A DNA stretch of 64,000 nucleotides. Source: Octopus vulgaris (Eukaryota). The notes beneath the pieces were generated by a model. That model saw only the letters and a program-made list of their open reading frames with translations. It did not search any database and was not told where the DNA came from. Location: the NCBI GenBank assembly GCA_951406725.2, contig OX597817.1, positions 90,768,001 through 90,832,000 of the forward strand, in the 5' to 3' direction. The translations under genes and the position numbers were made by a program. Below, piece by piece: positions 1 to 13,229 of the stretch; the first letter of the stretch is position 1, and the number at the start of each line of letters is the position of its first letter.

Positions 1-31
1 AATAGCAAGGCCATGTAGGGGGACATGGTGT

Positions 32-357
32 TCATGTAAAGAGTTCAGGCCACTTGAGGTCAAGGGAGGCTTTGAACAAAGCGGTCGTCGGCATCTTCAC
101 CATCTCGTCTGGCAGCTTGTTCCACGGATCCGCAACCCGGACGGAGAAAGCTCCTCTCCTTCGATTGAGATGAAATCGTCGCAGGTAGAGCTTTTGGAAT
201 GACTCCGCAGCCGACGCTCTGGAGCAGGAGTGAACAACAGCTCTTTCGAGAGGTTACACTTTCCGCTTATGATGTTGTGGGCGAGAATGAGATCACCACG
301 GCGGCGGCGTTTTTCAAGAGAATAAAGGTCGAGCGTCCTCAGCCTTTCTTCGTAGGA
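32..357 (-). mobile_element. CR1-clade LINE 3' fragment (ORF2 C-terminus, one frameshift)
   Basis: Minus strand reads SYEERLRTLDLYSLEKRRRRGDLILAHNII...[frameshift]...KLYLRRFHLNRRRGAFSVRVADPWNKLPDEMVKMPTTALFKASLD, stop at 32-34. This matches the CR1 C-terminal pattern YEERL..L.L.SLE.RR.RGDLI / WN.LP / FK..LD. Confidence 0.88.
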
Positions 358-1290
358 CTAAATGCCCAACGAAAATTTTAGCAGGAAAAATAGGAGGAGA
401 AATGATGTTTCAAGCCTGGATCTTTACTGAATAGAGGAAAAAGTCCAGAGATGAAATAAAGGAGGAAAGAGCAGACAGTTTGGGGAAAAGCACATGTATT
501 GTTACATTGCCAAAAAATAACTGACCTGAAGTTGGAAAGAAATAAGGAATGTGGCTTTTGAAGGCAGAAGAAACAGTTGGTGTTTGCATGCTCACGCGTG
601 TGTATATGTGTTTATATGTGAATGCAATTGTCTGTGTATATGTTCAGGTTGCAAGTAGCATGCTTGTATATTAGGGAATGGTATGTGAGATGGTAGTGTA
701 TGTGTGTGTGTATATTTATGTGAGTGTGTTTTGAGGGTAGAACTAACAATTAGTAACAGTAGGATGTTGTAGTAGTGGGATGTATGGTCAAGAGGCTGGG
801 TGATGCGTGTGTGTGTCACTGTATGTACATGTGTTTGTGCGTCAGTATGAGTATGTATGCGTGTGTACAGGAGTGTGTATACAAGTGTGCGCATGAGTGT
901 GTGTGTATGTGTGTGCATGTGAGTGTATGGTAATGTGTGTCAGTGTATGAGATTTCTGTAGGTGGTTATGATTATGTGCGTGTGTGTGTATGCAGTAGAT
1001 ATGTATATTGTGTGTAGTGGGGGGGGGTTAAATTAAGTAAGTGAATGGAAGATAAGTGGAAAGAAAACAGGAGGAGTAAAGCAAAGGAAAGGAGAATGAA
1101 ATTGGTGAGAGAGATGGAATTTGGAAGCTGTTACAAGAAAGAGAGAAGGTGCTAAGACCAAGCAGTGTATGAATTCATAAAGAGATGTACCATTGTTTCT
1201 TGCAAAGTCTTGTGGTGTTAGGTCCATGGTGTAAGGCCACACCTGCACTCTCAAGCCCTTCAATCATTCAATTGTTTCTGCTAAGAAAGT

Positions 1291-1648
1291 GCAAATGTGA
1301 CTGTGTGGTTAGAAGTTTGCTTCCCAACCACATGGTTCTAGATTCAGTCCCATTGCATGGCACCCTGGGCAAGTGTCTTCTGGATTTGGTAGACAGAAGC
1401 TGAACGAAGCTCATTGTATATGTACATATGTATGTGTGCATGTGTATTTGTGTGTCTCCCACCACTGCTTGACAACTGGTGTTGGTGTGTTTACATCCCT
1501 GAAAATTAGCAGTTTGTCAAAAGAGACTGATAGAATAAGTAACAGGCTTTTAAAAAATAAGTCAATCTATTTGATTAAAACTCTTCAAGGCAGTGCCCTA
1601 GCATTGGTTGCAGTCTAATGGCTGAAACAAGTAAAACAATAAAAGAAT
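1291..1648 (+). mobile_element. tRNA-derived SINE family A (internal TA/GT microsatellite), decayed copy
   Basis: A-box/B-box head (..ctgtgtggttagaagtttgcttcccaaccacatggttc..ttcagtccc), central microsatellite, tail ..aatggctgaaacaagtaaaa. The same sequence recurs many times in the window. Confidence 0.88.
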
Positions 1649-1733
1649 ATAATCATGTCTTAAGTTTTATTTTTCCTGTTTGCATCACCAAACTTCACTG
1701 TGCATGTGTGTATATATATATATATATATCTTA

Positions 1734-2020
1734 CTGGCACTTGTGCCGGTGCAACGTGAACAAAACATTTGAGTCAGGTCGTTGCCAGTGCCGCTGGACT
1801 GACTCCTGTGCAGGTGACACATAAAAAACACCATTTTCGAGCCTGGCCGTTGCCAGTACTGCCAGACTGGCCCTCGTGCCGGTGGCACATAAAAGCACCC
1901 ACTACACTCTCAGAGTGGTTGGTGTTAGGAAGGGCATAAAGCTGCAGGAACTCTCTCAGATCAGATTGGAGCCTGGTGCAACCATCTGGTTTGCCAGTCC
2001 TCAGTCAAATCGTCCAACCC
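1734..2020 (+). mobile_element. RTE-LINE 3'-tail-related repeat
   Basis: Shares gagtggttggYRttaggaagggcat...cagtcaaa..gtccaacccat with the 3' tail that follows the RTE ORF at 45720-45955. Confidence 0.7.
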
Positions 2021-3511
2021 ATACACACACAAACATGCATACACACATGCACACACACACATACACTATAAATAAAAGTGTAATGACCTTCCATAGTTTC
2101 TGTCTAATGAATTGTCACAAAGCTTTGGTTAGCCTATACCTATAGAAGAAGACTATAGATGCTGCACAGTGAGACTAAACCCAATATCATGTGATTGTGA
2201 AGCAAACTTCTTAACCACACAGCCAAGCCTGCATCTATGCCTATATAATGTTAGTAAGAAAGTATTTTTTCAAGAAATTGATTTATGGGTGAGAAGCAAG
2301 TATATGATGCTGAGTTGTAGCAGGTTGTAACCAACAAGTTTGTTTTAGTATAAATATATTTATGGAGGGAATGATAAAGATCTATTAGGATAGCAAGTGT
2401 GATTGGAATGGAAATTGTGTGTTTATCTATGGTTGAGTGAATATGTGGAGAAGCAATTCTTAAGTGGAGATTAGATTTGAGATGTGAAAGGAAGTGATAT
2501 AGGTCTAGAAGAATTTAGGTGCAATCTAATTACAAATGTATGCTCTCAGTATCTAAGTTGGTGTGATTAAAAGCTTATGTTATGTGGTGTTTGAATTTGG
2601 GATGTAGTAAGAAGTGAGTGATGATAGAAATTAGTATAGGTGAACGTAAGAATTAGTCAATAGAGTAAGGTAGTACAAATAATTTAAAACCATCAGCTAT
2701 TATTGAAAAACTATGTTATTGAGATATGATATTTTCTTTGAAAAAATATGTATTGCTATATAAAAAGTCAGAATTACAGGGGAAATACAGCAAAGTAAGA
2801 TAAAATAAAGTCAGAGAAATAGAAAAAAATATGTAAAGAGATACAGGTGGAAAACATGGTTAAAAAATAAATCTGAGAAATATAGAATATCTAAAATACA
2901 TAACAATATTATGTACATTCATAATCATCCTTATTAAACATGCCAAGTTTCATTTCTGTATAACTGAATTTATCTTCCTCTGAATTTGAATCTCTAAAAT
3001 GTATACAGAGAGTTGTTTTCTTCATACATCACTTGGTTTTAAAAGGGTTGTCAATACTTTGATCTGCTTGTTTCATTATTTAATAATTCATATTGTCTAC
3101 TTCAATGTTAATTACATTTATATCAATAATTTTCTTAAATTTTTACCAGTGATTTACCATAATTTATGCCTACCTTAAGGCATGGCTCATTGGGTAGTTG
3201 CCCAGAGGCAGCATGAGTCCTGGTGCCCAATTTTAATTTATATATGCTGTGGCTTGCTGTTAATAAGTATAGGGTCCAGTGTATTGATTTGCCTGGGGGG
3301 GGGGGGGTTATAAAATGCTGTTAAGACTGCTCTGCCTATCTATACTTCCACTAATTTTGAAATGTAGTCTTCTAAACAATTCTTTGAAAAAGGTAAATTA
3401 TTGAGTAACTACCTTCCCCTTAATATATATTCATGGTTTTGCAAGCTAACAATTCTAGTAGTTTAATCAATTGCATAGAGGGTTTTCAATACCTAATATT
3501 ACTTGACCATA

Positions 3512-3715
3512 AGGCAGAATCATAAGCACACCAGGCAAAATACTCAGCAGCATTTCGTCCATCCTTACAGTCCGAGTTCAAATTCCACTGAAGCCGACTT
3601 TACCTTTCATTCTTTTGGGGTTGATAAAATAAGTATGAGCTGAGTACTGGGGTTGATGTAATCAATTTACTTCCTCCCCTGAAGTTGCTGGCCTTGAGCC
3701 AAAATTTGAAACAAA
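3512..3715 (+). mobile_element. tRNA-derived SINE family B (Meta-domain-like)
   Basis: ggcagaatc..agca...gagttcaaattcc...gacttt.cctttcat.cttt.gggg ttgataaaataagta. Further copies at about 18820-19030(-), 27975-28172(-), 48882-49100(+), 52985-53165(+), 57230-57400(+), 63455-63670(+). Confidence 0.8.
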
Positions 3716-5819
3716 TATTACTGGCCCATAACTCAAGTAGCACTACCACTTTAATTCTCCACACTCCTACTCTTTAGATGAAACAGAAATGGCTCAGAAT
3801 GTGAGATTCTTCACTCCTGATGTTAACTAAACTCATCATCAAACTTTTCTATGAACTCTTGCTGAGGTGATACTGATAATAACATTAATGTTCTCCCCCA
3901 AATCCAATAACCAACCATTTTGTTCTAAACTATTTTCAGTAGTTTACAATAAATTTCTTTCTAAATTTCCAATATCTTCAAGGTGTCATTCAATAAAATA
4001 TCTATAAACACTGGTAGACATATCGCCCAAACCAGCTCATATCCCATGTCTTTATGAATGATAACTATTTGCTTGAATGAACAATGAAAATGACATTTAT
4101 ACATAACATTTGCTAATCTAAGGGTAGCAACACTGCTGTTATTAAGTCAGGCATAGAACTTGGATGTTGTGAGTTAAAATATTTCTCAAATTCTCACTGG
4201 TGCTTTTGCACAACATGCAATTATACCTGCACACACACCTCATACACATACACACACATACAAACACGGATATGATATATTCAACACACACAACCCCACC
4301 ATACACAAAACACACACAACATACACCACATATATCAAGCATAAGCATACATTCATACACATCACATTCAATTTGTTGAAGGGTTTTATGTTCTACATAT
4401 TTGCTGTGTCATTCAACTCATTCTGGTGGCTATGAGATTAATACTATTTGGTATAGCAAGGAGTTCAATGTAAGAGCTTAGTTATAGAATTATAGAAGGT
4501 AAAGAGCCTCATATAGTGATAACTATACTCAGATTGATACTTTATGTAGGGCTTCATAATAGAATTTGAGCAAATACTTACCAGAATCATTATAAATGCA
4601 ATGAAGATATGACTTGGCATGATACACTTAACAATAACTAATTACCTTTATACAAACATCAAGTAATAATATACAGGATTAAATAAATATACAATGATCA
4701 TGTTCAAGAAATACCACAAAATGGGTATCTAGGAAGAATTATTTAAGAGTGCCATATTGCTTATAACTGCTTAATACACATACTATCAAATGAGCAATAT
4801 CTGCTGAAAAATTGTAGAATATGCCAAAGAGTTGTGGTCATGATAGTATACAGAAATTGTACAAGACAACTGGTCCCAAGTAATTTAACTTTTGCTAAAA
4901 GAAGGTAAAAAACTGTATTGGAAATTGGTACTAGAGGAAATGAACTTGATGAAAAGAACTGCTAAATATTTGATAAATATCTTATGAATGTTTGATGAAT
5001 ATCTTATGAATACAAACCCAGAAAATGATGAGAGTCATATGAAAAGAGGTAAATGGTGAAGATTATTTCATGGGATATTTGAATGGGAATATTAATTGTA
5101 AGTGTGATTATTGCAAGCAATTGAAGTGTTATCAACCAAATGTTGAAGTGGTGGTTACTTTGACCAATACTTCTGACATTAGCAAGCACTAACGACTCTA
5201 TGAACTGTGTTTTTAATTAGTACTCACAATTACTAATGTAAACAGCAACATGGTTTTACTGTTGGCAGACTTACATGGAATAAGCTTCTATCTCTGTTTT
5301 CTATAACTTGTTAGCATGCTATAAAACTCAAAATATAACAACCCTAGGTTGATTTACTGCCTCTATTACAATACATTTGACTATTATTTTATGTAAGATA
5401 CCTACACTCATCATGCCACATGCCACAAGACCTTTGCTTTGGCAGCTATTTGAATCCACTTGTCATTTGTGTCAGTTTGTTTCACACACAGTTGCACATG
5501 AGTGCATATATCTAAAGTATTGCCTATATGCACATTACAACAGTTAAAATAGTAATGATCCAAAGTTTTTTTGCAAAGCAGAGAAAGATATGAAGAGCAC
5601 TTTGTCTATTAATAAAGATATATTTCTTTTCTTGTATATACAGATTTTTTTCTCATAATTTATTTATTTTTGCCTTCAGAATTTGAAAATAATTTTGAAA
5701 ATTTAAAAAGAAAAGGTAACATGCCTCTAAATGTTAAATAAATATTTTTTATGTTTGTTTCATTGAATGTAAATAAAATTGGTACAAATATATTTATTCA
5801 AATACTTAGAGCACACTTA

Positions 5820-5972
5820 TACATGCGTAATATATGTAATATATAAGGTAGGAAATAACTAGAATTTCCTACATGCATAATATAATATATGTAATATATA
5901 AGGTAGCAAATAACTAGAATTTCCTACATGCATAATATAAGTAATATATAAGGTAGGAAGTAACTAGAATTT
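5820..5972. repeat. Minisatellite, 3 copies of a ~50-bp unit
   Basis: Unit acatgc(a/g)taat...gtaatatataaggtag(g/c)aa(a/g)taactagaattt occurs three times in tandem. Confidence 0.9.
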
Positions 5973-6486
5973 TAAAGCTGAACTATCTCTATTATACATT
6001 CAAGTTATGTATAAAATTATTTTAACCCATCTTGAATTATTTCTTTATAAAATTTCCATATCTTTGTTGAAGAAAACTTGGTCATTTCACAAGTGCAAAT
6101 TGGCTATTGTTTTAAGTGAAAATCAAGCTTTCATTCTTTTTTAAGATTTTGAAGACTGCTTGAAGTAATGGTTTATGACATCAAGGAGATACATCCCATC
6201 ATCTGGAAATACAAGTGCAGATGGCCTTATGCCAAATGTAGCTGCCTTTTAAACGTATTGTTAGCTTCTACATCTCTAGATGAGTTTGAAAAAGAAAGCC
6301 ATGTCCAATCAGCAGGTGTTTGAAAATAAACTATCAATTGAACAATAAAGAAAAGAGAAATATAGTATTCTTGCTGTTATAGTGGAGCATGTTTCACATA
6401 TATGCTGTGAATATGACAGGGATAGAAGTATAGCTTGCTTTTGCAACAAGTGCAACTGGTATCTACATAAGTTTAAAAACTTAAGC

Positions 6487-6850
6487 AGGCATAGCTGTGT
6501 GGTAAGAAGTTTGCTTCCCAACCACATGATTCTGGGTTCAGTCTCACAGCATGGCACTTTGAGTGTTTTCTCCTTTAGTCTTGGGCTAACCAAAGCATTG
6601 TGAATGGACTTGGTAGATGAAAACTGAAAGAAGCCCGTTGTATGTGTGTGTTTGTCCCTCACCACCACTTGACAACCAGCGTTGCTGTGCTTACTTCCTT
6701 GTAACTTAATGATTTGGCAAAAGGGATCATTAGAAAAAGTACCCCGCTTAAAGAAAGTACTGGAGTTGAGCCGTTTGACTAAAAAAAAAAACCCTTCAAG
6801 GCAGTGCCCCAGCATGGCCACAGTCTAATGACTGAAACAAGTAAATAATA
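6487..6850 (+). mobile_element. SINE family A copy
   Basis: Head caggcatagctgtgtggtaagaagtttgcttcccaaccacatg, tail atgactgaaacaagtaaa. Confidence 0.9.
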
Positions 6851-7610
6851 AACGATATCAGTAGTCAAATGACAAAATAAAAAAACAATATAACATTTGT
6901 ATGCTACTGAAATAGCGTTATGGAGATGTACTTGCATAGCAGATGTTTTGATCTGAGATCATGTTCTGAAACTAAAGAGATTTCAGTGTGGAATACACAA
7001 GTTAGTCATTCAGAAACATACAAAGACTTTACATAAATGTTTATTTGTAATATAGTGTTGTAGTTTTTGTCCCTTGAAACCAAAACCTGTTCACAGACAA
7101 ACAATTTGTGCTTTAGTTTTGAATGACGAAAATTTTGAATGACAAAAATTTTGACACAATATTATAAATAAATGTTTAACTCTTCAGTATTCTGTCAAAT
7201 GTACTATGACTAGCACTCTGTTGGTTATAATGATGAATTGATCCAATCAATGGAACAATCTACTTGTGAAATTAACATGTAAGTGGCTGAGCACTCTACA
7301 GACACATGTAGTATACCCCATGAAAATAATTACTGATATTATTACTACAACTACACATGTTATATTCATTACTGTTAACATTACTACAGCCAGTTGAAAA
7401 CAAGGCTTAGAAATGATATTTAAACGTAGCTGTCTACTGACCAGCTAGGTCCATGACTATTGCTGACGGATACTGTACTCTTGTTTTCAGAAACGTAAAG
7501 TCTACTTACAGCCAATCTTTTCAGCTTCCTGTATTAACAAAATTGAGAGTTACTACTCTACTACTCAGTTTTGTGTGACAAAAATTTTGACACAATATTA
7601 TAAATAAATG

Positions 7611-8177
7611 TTTAGCCCTTTAGTATTCAGATTATCCTGTCAAATGTTCTACAACTGTCATTCTGTCGGTTATAATGATAAGTTGATCCAATCAATGGAA
7701 CAGCCTACTTGTGAAATTAACATGCAAGTGGCTGAGCACTCCACAGACATGTGTACCCTTAATATAGTTCTCAGGGAGATTCAGTGTGACACAGAAAGTG
7801 ACAAGACTGGCTCTTTGAAATATAGGTATTACTCATTTTTGCCAGTTGAGTGGACCAAAGCAATGTGAAATAAAATGTCTTGCTCAAGGACACAAACATG
7901 TTGCCAGGAATTGAACTCATGACCTTATAATTATGAACTGAATACTCTAACCACTAAGCCATGTACCTTCACATTTGTCAAATGTAATGCTTATTTATTC
8001 ACATGGTTTTGAATTAATCATACTTTATAAAATAGCTTTGAGGTTTTGATGATGTGATGGCTTATTTTTAGAATGAAATTGTAGGGTAAGAGTGAGAAGC
8101 CAGATCTGGGTAGTTTGAACATAAAACATGTAAAATATTTTGGCTGGGTATGGCTACTTTAAATACTAAAGGATTAA
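7611..8177. mobile_element. piggyBac-like MITE interrupted by a SINE
   Basis: Ends resemble degenerate TTAACCCTTT/AAAGGGTTAA (ttagcccttt..aaaggattaa). An opposite-orientation copy of the same family lies at about 37723-37935. Confidence 0.65.
7648..7975 (-). mobile_element. tRNA-derived SINE family C (CORE-like centre) with 10-bp TSD
   Basis: Minus-strand head tggcttagtggttagag...gagttcaattcc followed by tgtgtccttgagcaagac. TSD TGTCAAATGT at 7638-7647 and 7976-7985. Confidence 0.85.
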
Positions 8178-8328
8178 TTGAGGTTAACAGTTTTTGTGTG
8201 TTTCTGAATGGCTAACTTGTGTTTTTTACATTGCAAATACTGTAATAGTGTTAGTTGCTTTAAATGTTTTCTGTGTCATGTGACTTTGTGTGACTTTGTG
8301 TGATGGTCATGTGGTCAGTATTATTTAA

Positions 8329-8436
8329 CCTTTAGTACACTGCGTTTTCTCTAGAATTGTTTCCCTTGCCACTTCCCTGTTACTACAAGGGAGAAAACTC
8401 ATATGGTGACATGATGCAGCTACAGTGTGTTAAAGG
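8329..8436. mobile_element. 108-bp piggyBac-like MITE
   Basis: TTAA on both sides (8325-8328, 8437-8440). TIRs cctttagtacactg / cagtgtgttaaagg. Confidence 0.75.
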
Positions 8437-8756
8437 TTAACTTGACAAGCAGTCTGATGTGAAATCTTGGTTATGCAGTTAAATTAAGCTTCTGGATTAA
8501 AGGATCTTGGGTGAGTGTGGTTTTACTTAGCCAATTACTTTACTGTGAGCTTTTGTTGTTGGACTTGAGGCCAGTATTTAATGGAATTGTTATAACACAC
8601 AAAACAAATACAGATACATACACAAATGCAACATGTACATACATAAGACATATGCATGGCATCTCACCACACACACACACAACATACATACAAACATATA
8701 TCATCATAATCATCATCATCATCATTATTTAACATTTGCCTTCCATGCTGGCATGG

Positions 8757-8802
<46 letters not shown>

Positions 8803-9984
8803 CACATACATTATCTCAGAAGCAATACATGCACACAGAAGACACACAGAACAGCACATATGTGATACACACATATTTACATACAGGCCTAGGAATGATA
8901 CTGAGCAGAAGTGGATGGAAACATAATACCTACTGTTGGTGTTAAAACTTAGCACTTCTGCAGTATCTTGAATGACTGACTGTAACTGGTGGCTTGACTG
9001 GCACCGGTAATTGCAGATGGAGAGATTGATGTAGCAGTCAGTGAAGTAACCCTGTTATTGCAACTGGAGTCACTGATGCAACTAGTGCAGGTGTGATTGG
9101 ATCAAGTGCTACAGAGCCAGAATGATTAGAGCAACCTTATTTTAGTTTGTAACTGGCTTGACTGCAGCTAGAACCACTACTGCATCTGGAGTGTCTGGTG
9201 AAGTTGTACCAGTGCAACTGATGCAACTAGTGAAGCTGTTGGTAGTTTAACTAGCACTGCTGGTGGTGGTGCAGATAGTCCTGGTGATGTTACTAGCTCT
9301 ACTGCATTAGTGCTGCTAGTGCATTTGGGGTGCACCTGGTGTTATAAGCAGTACTTGTACAACTGTTTGTTACAGGGAATGCTTCTCTATTTTGTGGTGT
9401 TTGTGATTCTGGTACTTCTATGCCTATTGTTGTTGTTGTTGTTGCTGGTGTTGGTGGTGTGTAACTTGCAACATATTTTGGTTTTGTTACTGCTTGTACA
9501 GTAAGTGCAACTAATTCTGCAGCTACATTTCAGTACTGCTAATGCTACTTGTTCATGCAGCTGTCAATATTCTGCTCCACTGAATCAATTAAACTCCTTA
9601 ATTAATCAACAACACCATTCCACCCTTACCAACGACGTCTTCACACCAATTAATCAGATATAAACATCTTTCTTCATATCAATATATCTCTTATAATAAA
9701 ACTGACAAATCTATTCATTAACACCCTGCCACCTCCCCTCCACTCCCACTTCCCCTCTGCATACACACTTTCTACGGTTTAATGTTCCAACAAACATTTC
9801 CATACAGCCCCTCCTACCCCTCCCATTCCCCACTCCCCCCATCCTCCTCTTTTTCTTATCAATAAAATATTCACAATTAAAAGACATAAAACATTTAATT
9901 AGTTCTGGTCAGTGAAACATATTGAGGAAGTATATAGGATAAAGTTATCAGAGCATGGTGGATAGTATGTGTATTGATATCTTT

Positions 9985-10305
9985 TGATGGTGGTGGTGGT
10001 GGTGGTGATGGAGATGGTGGAGATGTGGTGGCGGTGGTAGAGTAGAGAGTGGTAGAAGTGATGGTGTTCATAGTGATGGTGGAAGCAGTAGTGGTGGTAG
10101 TGTGGGTTGTTGTGGTTGTAGGAATTATGGTGGTAATGTTACTGATGGTTATGGTGGTAATGGTGTGGTGGTGGTGATGGTAGTGGTGTTGGTAATGGTG
10201 GTGGAAATGATGTGGTTGTAGTGGTGATGGTGGTGGTGATGGTGCAGTGTCGTGGTGATAGTGGTGGTAACAATGGTGGTGGTTGTGGTAGTGGCACTGG
10301 TAGTG
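9985..10305. repeat. Degenerate (GGT/GAT)n triplet low-complexity tract
   Basis: Visible triplet periodicity. It is the source of the His/Thr/Pro-rich spurious ORFs. Confidence 0.9.
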
Positions 10306-10544
10306 ATAGTTTTTGTTCTTCACTTCAGTTCTTTTCCAATAAATGTTCCAGCTGGTTAAAGACATTTCTTTCCCAGCCACGACCATCCTGCCTTTCATGC
10401 AGACTACATCAACTAACAAGTCCTTTGCTTTCTAAAGATGCTAGGGTACAAATTGTGTGAGGTTTGGCTATTTCTAACAGGTTGAGTGATGCAGCAAATG
10501 TTACCTTGATTGCTCATACCCATTAGCTTGTTACTCTTATTATT

Positions 10545-10945
10545 GTTTAGCCCCAGGTCAGCACTGATCCAACAGACCTATGATCAATGCCATTCTTTCA
10601 TGACCATCTTGTCATATTTTTCTTAGTGTTCATTCAGGACCACATAATCCAATATATTGACATAAGACAATACGAGATTGAGTTGTTATTTCTAGCAGAG
10701 CAAGCAACTGTTAGAGGTTTTCTGCCTGGTTTGATGTTGTTATTGTTTAGCCCTGGGCTAATTCTGATCCACCAGACCTATGATCAAACAGATTCCAGCC
10801 ATGACCATTTTGTCTTTATTTTTGACATAGTGTATCTGGGACGACATTTTCAAATGTGCCCTTTGTAATATAGTGATAGCTGTTGTTATTGTTTAGCTCT
10901 CATTCAGACCAGGTTGAGCAAACCCATGATCAAAGATGTTACAGC
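10545..10945 (+). repeat. Three head-to-tail copies of a short interspersed repeat (unclassified)
   Basis: Unit ttgtttagccc..gg..a..ctgatcca.cagacctatgatcaa...ttccagccatgaccat starts near 10545, 10745 and 10890. Related copies at about 26315-26510, 27790-27905, 32180-32345(-), 37435-37620. Confidence 0.7.
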
Positions 10946-11299
10946 TTAGATAAGTGTCACCAGCATGCAAGCAGTGTTCTTCATTTCCAATCTTTCATGA
11001 TAACATCTGGTCATCGAGAAATATTCCTTCACTTAGAAGTAGGTGAGGGTTAATGACAGGGAGGGCATCCAACTGTGGAAAAAATCCACCTCAACAAATT
11101 GTGTCCAATCTATACAGGTATGGAAAAGTGGATGTTAAAATGATGATGATGATGATGACTACTGATGATGATCTCTTGCTGTTGCTTCCTACTACTGCAT
11201 CCTATAAGTCAGAGGTCAAATTTTCTTTCCCATTATCCACTTCACCATCAGTCACAAAGATCCTATAATTGTCATAGAAGCTGCCTTTCATTTTCTGCT

Positions 11300-11905
11300 T
11301 ATCTTCTTTCTTCTACTTGTTATAGTCTTTGGACTGCAGCCATACTGGTGGCCAGCTTTGAAGGAGTTAGTCAAACAAAGCAACCTCAGTACTTATTTAT
11401 TTTTAAGTCTGGAACTTATTCTATCAGTTACTTTTGCTCAACTGCTAAGATCATCATCATCATCATTGTTTAGAGCCTGTCTTCCATAATGGCTTGGGTT
11501 GAATGGTTTGACAGGAGCTGGCAAGCCAGAGGACTGCGCTAGGTTCTCTTTGCTTTGGTGTGGCTTCTACAATTGGATACCCTTCCTAATACCAACCACT
11601 TTACAAAGTGTACTGGGTGCTTTTTACATGGCACCAGCACCAGTGAGATCACCAAGTAACATGCATAATGAAGATCCCTCAGTTGAGAGTGGGGAGTGGT
11701 ATTGAGTGAGATGGCTTTGTACCAGGTGATGAAAGGTTAAACTATGATGACAATAAATGTCATTCACAGTTTTCATCAACCAAATTCACTCACTGGTTGG
11801 CTCAGGAATTTAGTAGAAGACACTTGTCTAAGGTGATGCACAGTGGAGCTGAACCTGAAACATATGGTTGCCAAATGAGCTTTTTAACCACAGAGTCATG
11901 CCTGT
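11300..11905 (-). mobile_element. SINE family A copy split by an RTE-tail element (about 11450-11755)
   Basis: SINE 3' part at 11300-11449 and 5' part at 11755-11905 flank a (cat)n-tailed RTE-tail repeat. Confidence 0.7.
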
Positions 11906-13229
11906 GATAAAGAAGAAATAGTAATTTTACTAAATATGCTACTGAGTACATGGTATTGAATTCTTACTAATTCCCTTTCTACATATCAAACATGGTCATT
12001 TCCAGATGGAATTGATATTTTGAGTTCTTTATTATAAAGCACTAATTCCGTATTCCTTATATTGACCTCCCCACCTTGGAATTCTAGACAGTTCTATTAT
12101 CCTTGGAAGTGTTTCAACTATTATAGGTTAAACATACATATTTAATATTATATTTTTTTATATATTTTTCCATTCTATTTTTCAAAGTATATTTTCATAT
12201 ATTGTGTTCAAAATATATATTTACAATAATGGAAACACTCCCAGAAAACTTGAAACAAAGAACAAGTATGACTGCAACATCATTGATCTCTGTCTTTGGA
12301 TTTTCTTATCCTACATTCTTGGCAGTAACATGCCTTAATTTCTTTCCAGGCTGTTCCTTTATCAGTACTTTAGTCTTACATTAGTATTATCTATTATTAC
12401 TTGCAGAACACTGAAGACTGTGCCTTTGGATTCATGTATACTATCTACATTGTAATAACATTAGTTAATTACTCTCAAGTGACCTGACTTTAACCACCAC
12501 CTCCATCATCATTATCATCATTTGATGTCCTCCTTCCATGCTGGCATGGATCGGATGGTTTGACAAGAGCTGGCAAATCAGAAGACTGCACCTAGCTCTA
12601 CTGCCTGCTTTGGCATTGTTTCTATGGTTTGATGCCCTTCTTAATGCCAACTACTTTACACAGTGTACTGGGTGCTTTTTATTTGGCGCAAGCAGCAGTG
12701 AAGTCAGCACATAACTTGCAAGACTTGCAAAGCAAAACCTCCCAACTGAAGTGGGCAGTAACATTGAGTGATGGTGGCTTTTTGGCAGGTGACGAGGAGT
12801 TAGAATATAATAGTGAGACAGAAAAAGGTGTCCTTTCAGTAAAGGAGATACATGGTTACCTCAGTTGGTGAAAGAAGTGAGAGAGAGAGCGAGAGAGAAG
12901 AGAAATAAGATGGTAAAGATGGGATGGGATGGGGATTGGACAGGGTGAATGGGTGGGTAAATGTGTGAGGTTTTGAAAGGAGAGTGAGACATGGAGGAGA
13001 GAGGAATGTAGTGAGTGAGCATGGACAGAGGGAGGAGTGTTGGAAGGATATGTTGTGGGGAAGAGATTTCACAGAGACATAGTGTAGAGGTGGGTTTTTT
13101 GAGAGAGAGTGGAAGATAGAAGGAGGGGAATACAGCACGTGGGGAACATGAATGGGTGGGGGTGAGGTGTTGGTAAGATGAAATGTGGGGAAGAGGTTTG
13201 TCCCCCACAAAACTCTCCTTCACATGAGA

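Noticed and set aside
3175-3335. Possible hAT MITE ending ttaagactgctctg
   Set aside because: Only one TIR is recognisable and there is no clear TSD.
5820-5972. Repeat array superficially like CRISPR
   Set aside because: Tandem units without unique spacers, eukaryotic context, no cas genes.
6130-6320. Exon-like block on + after an AG acceptor
   Set aside because: In-frame stops and no recognisable protein motif.
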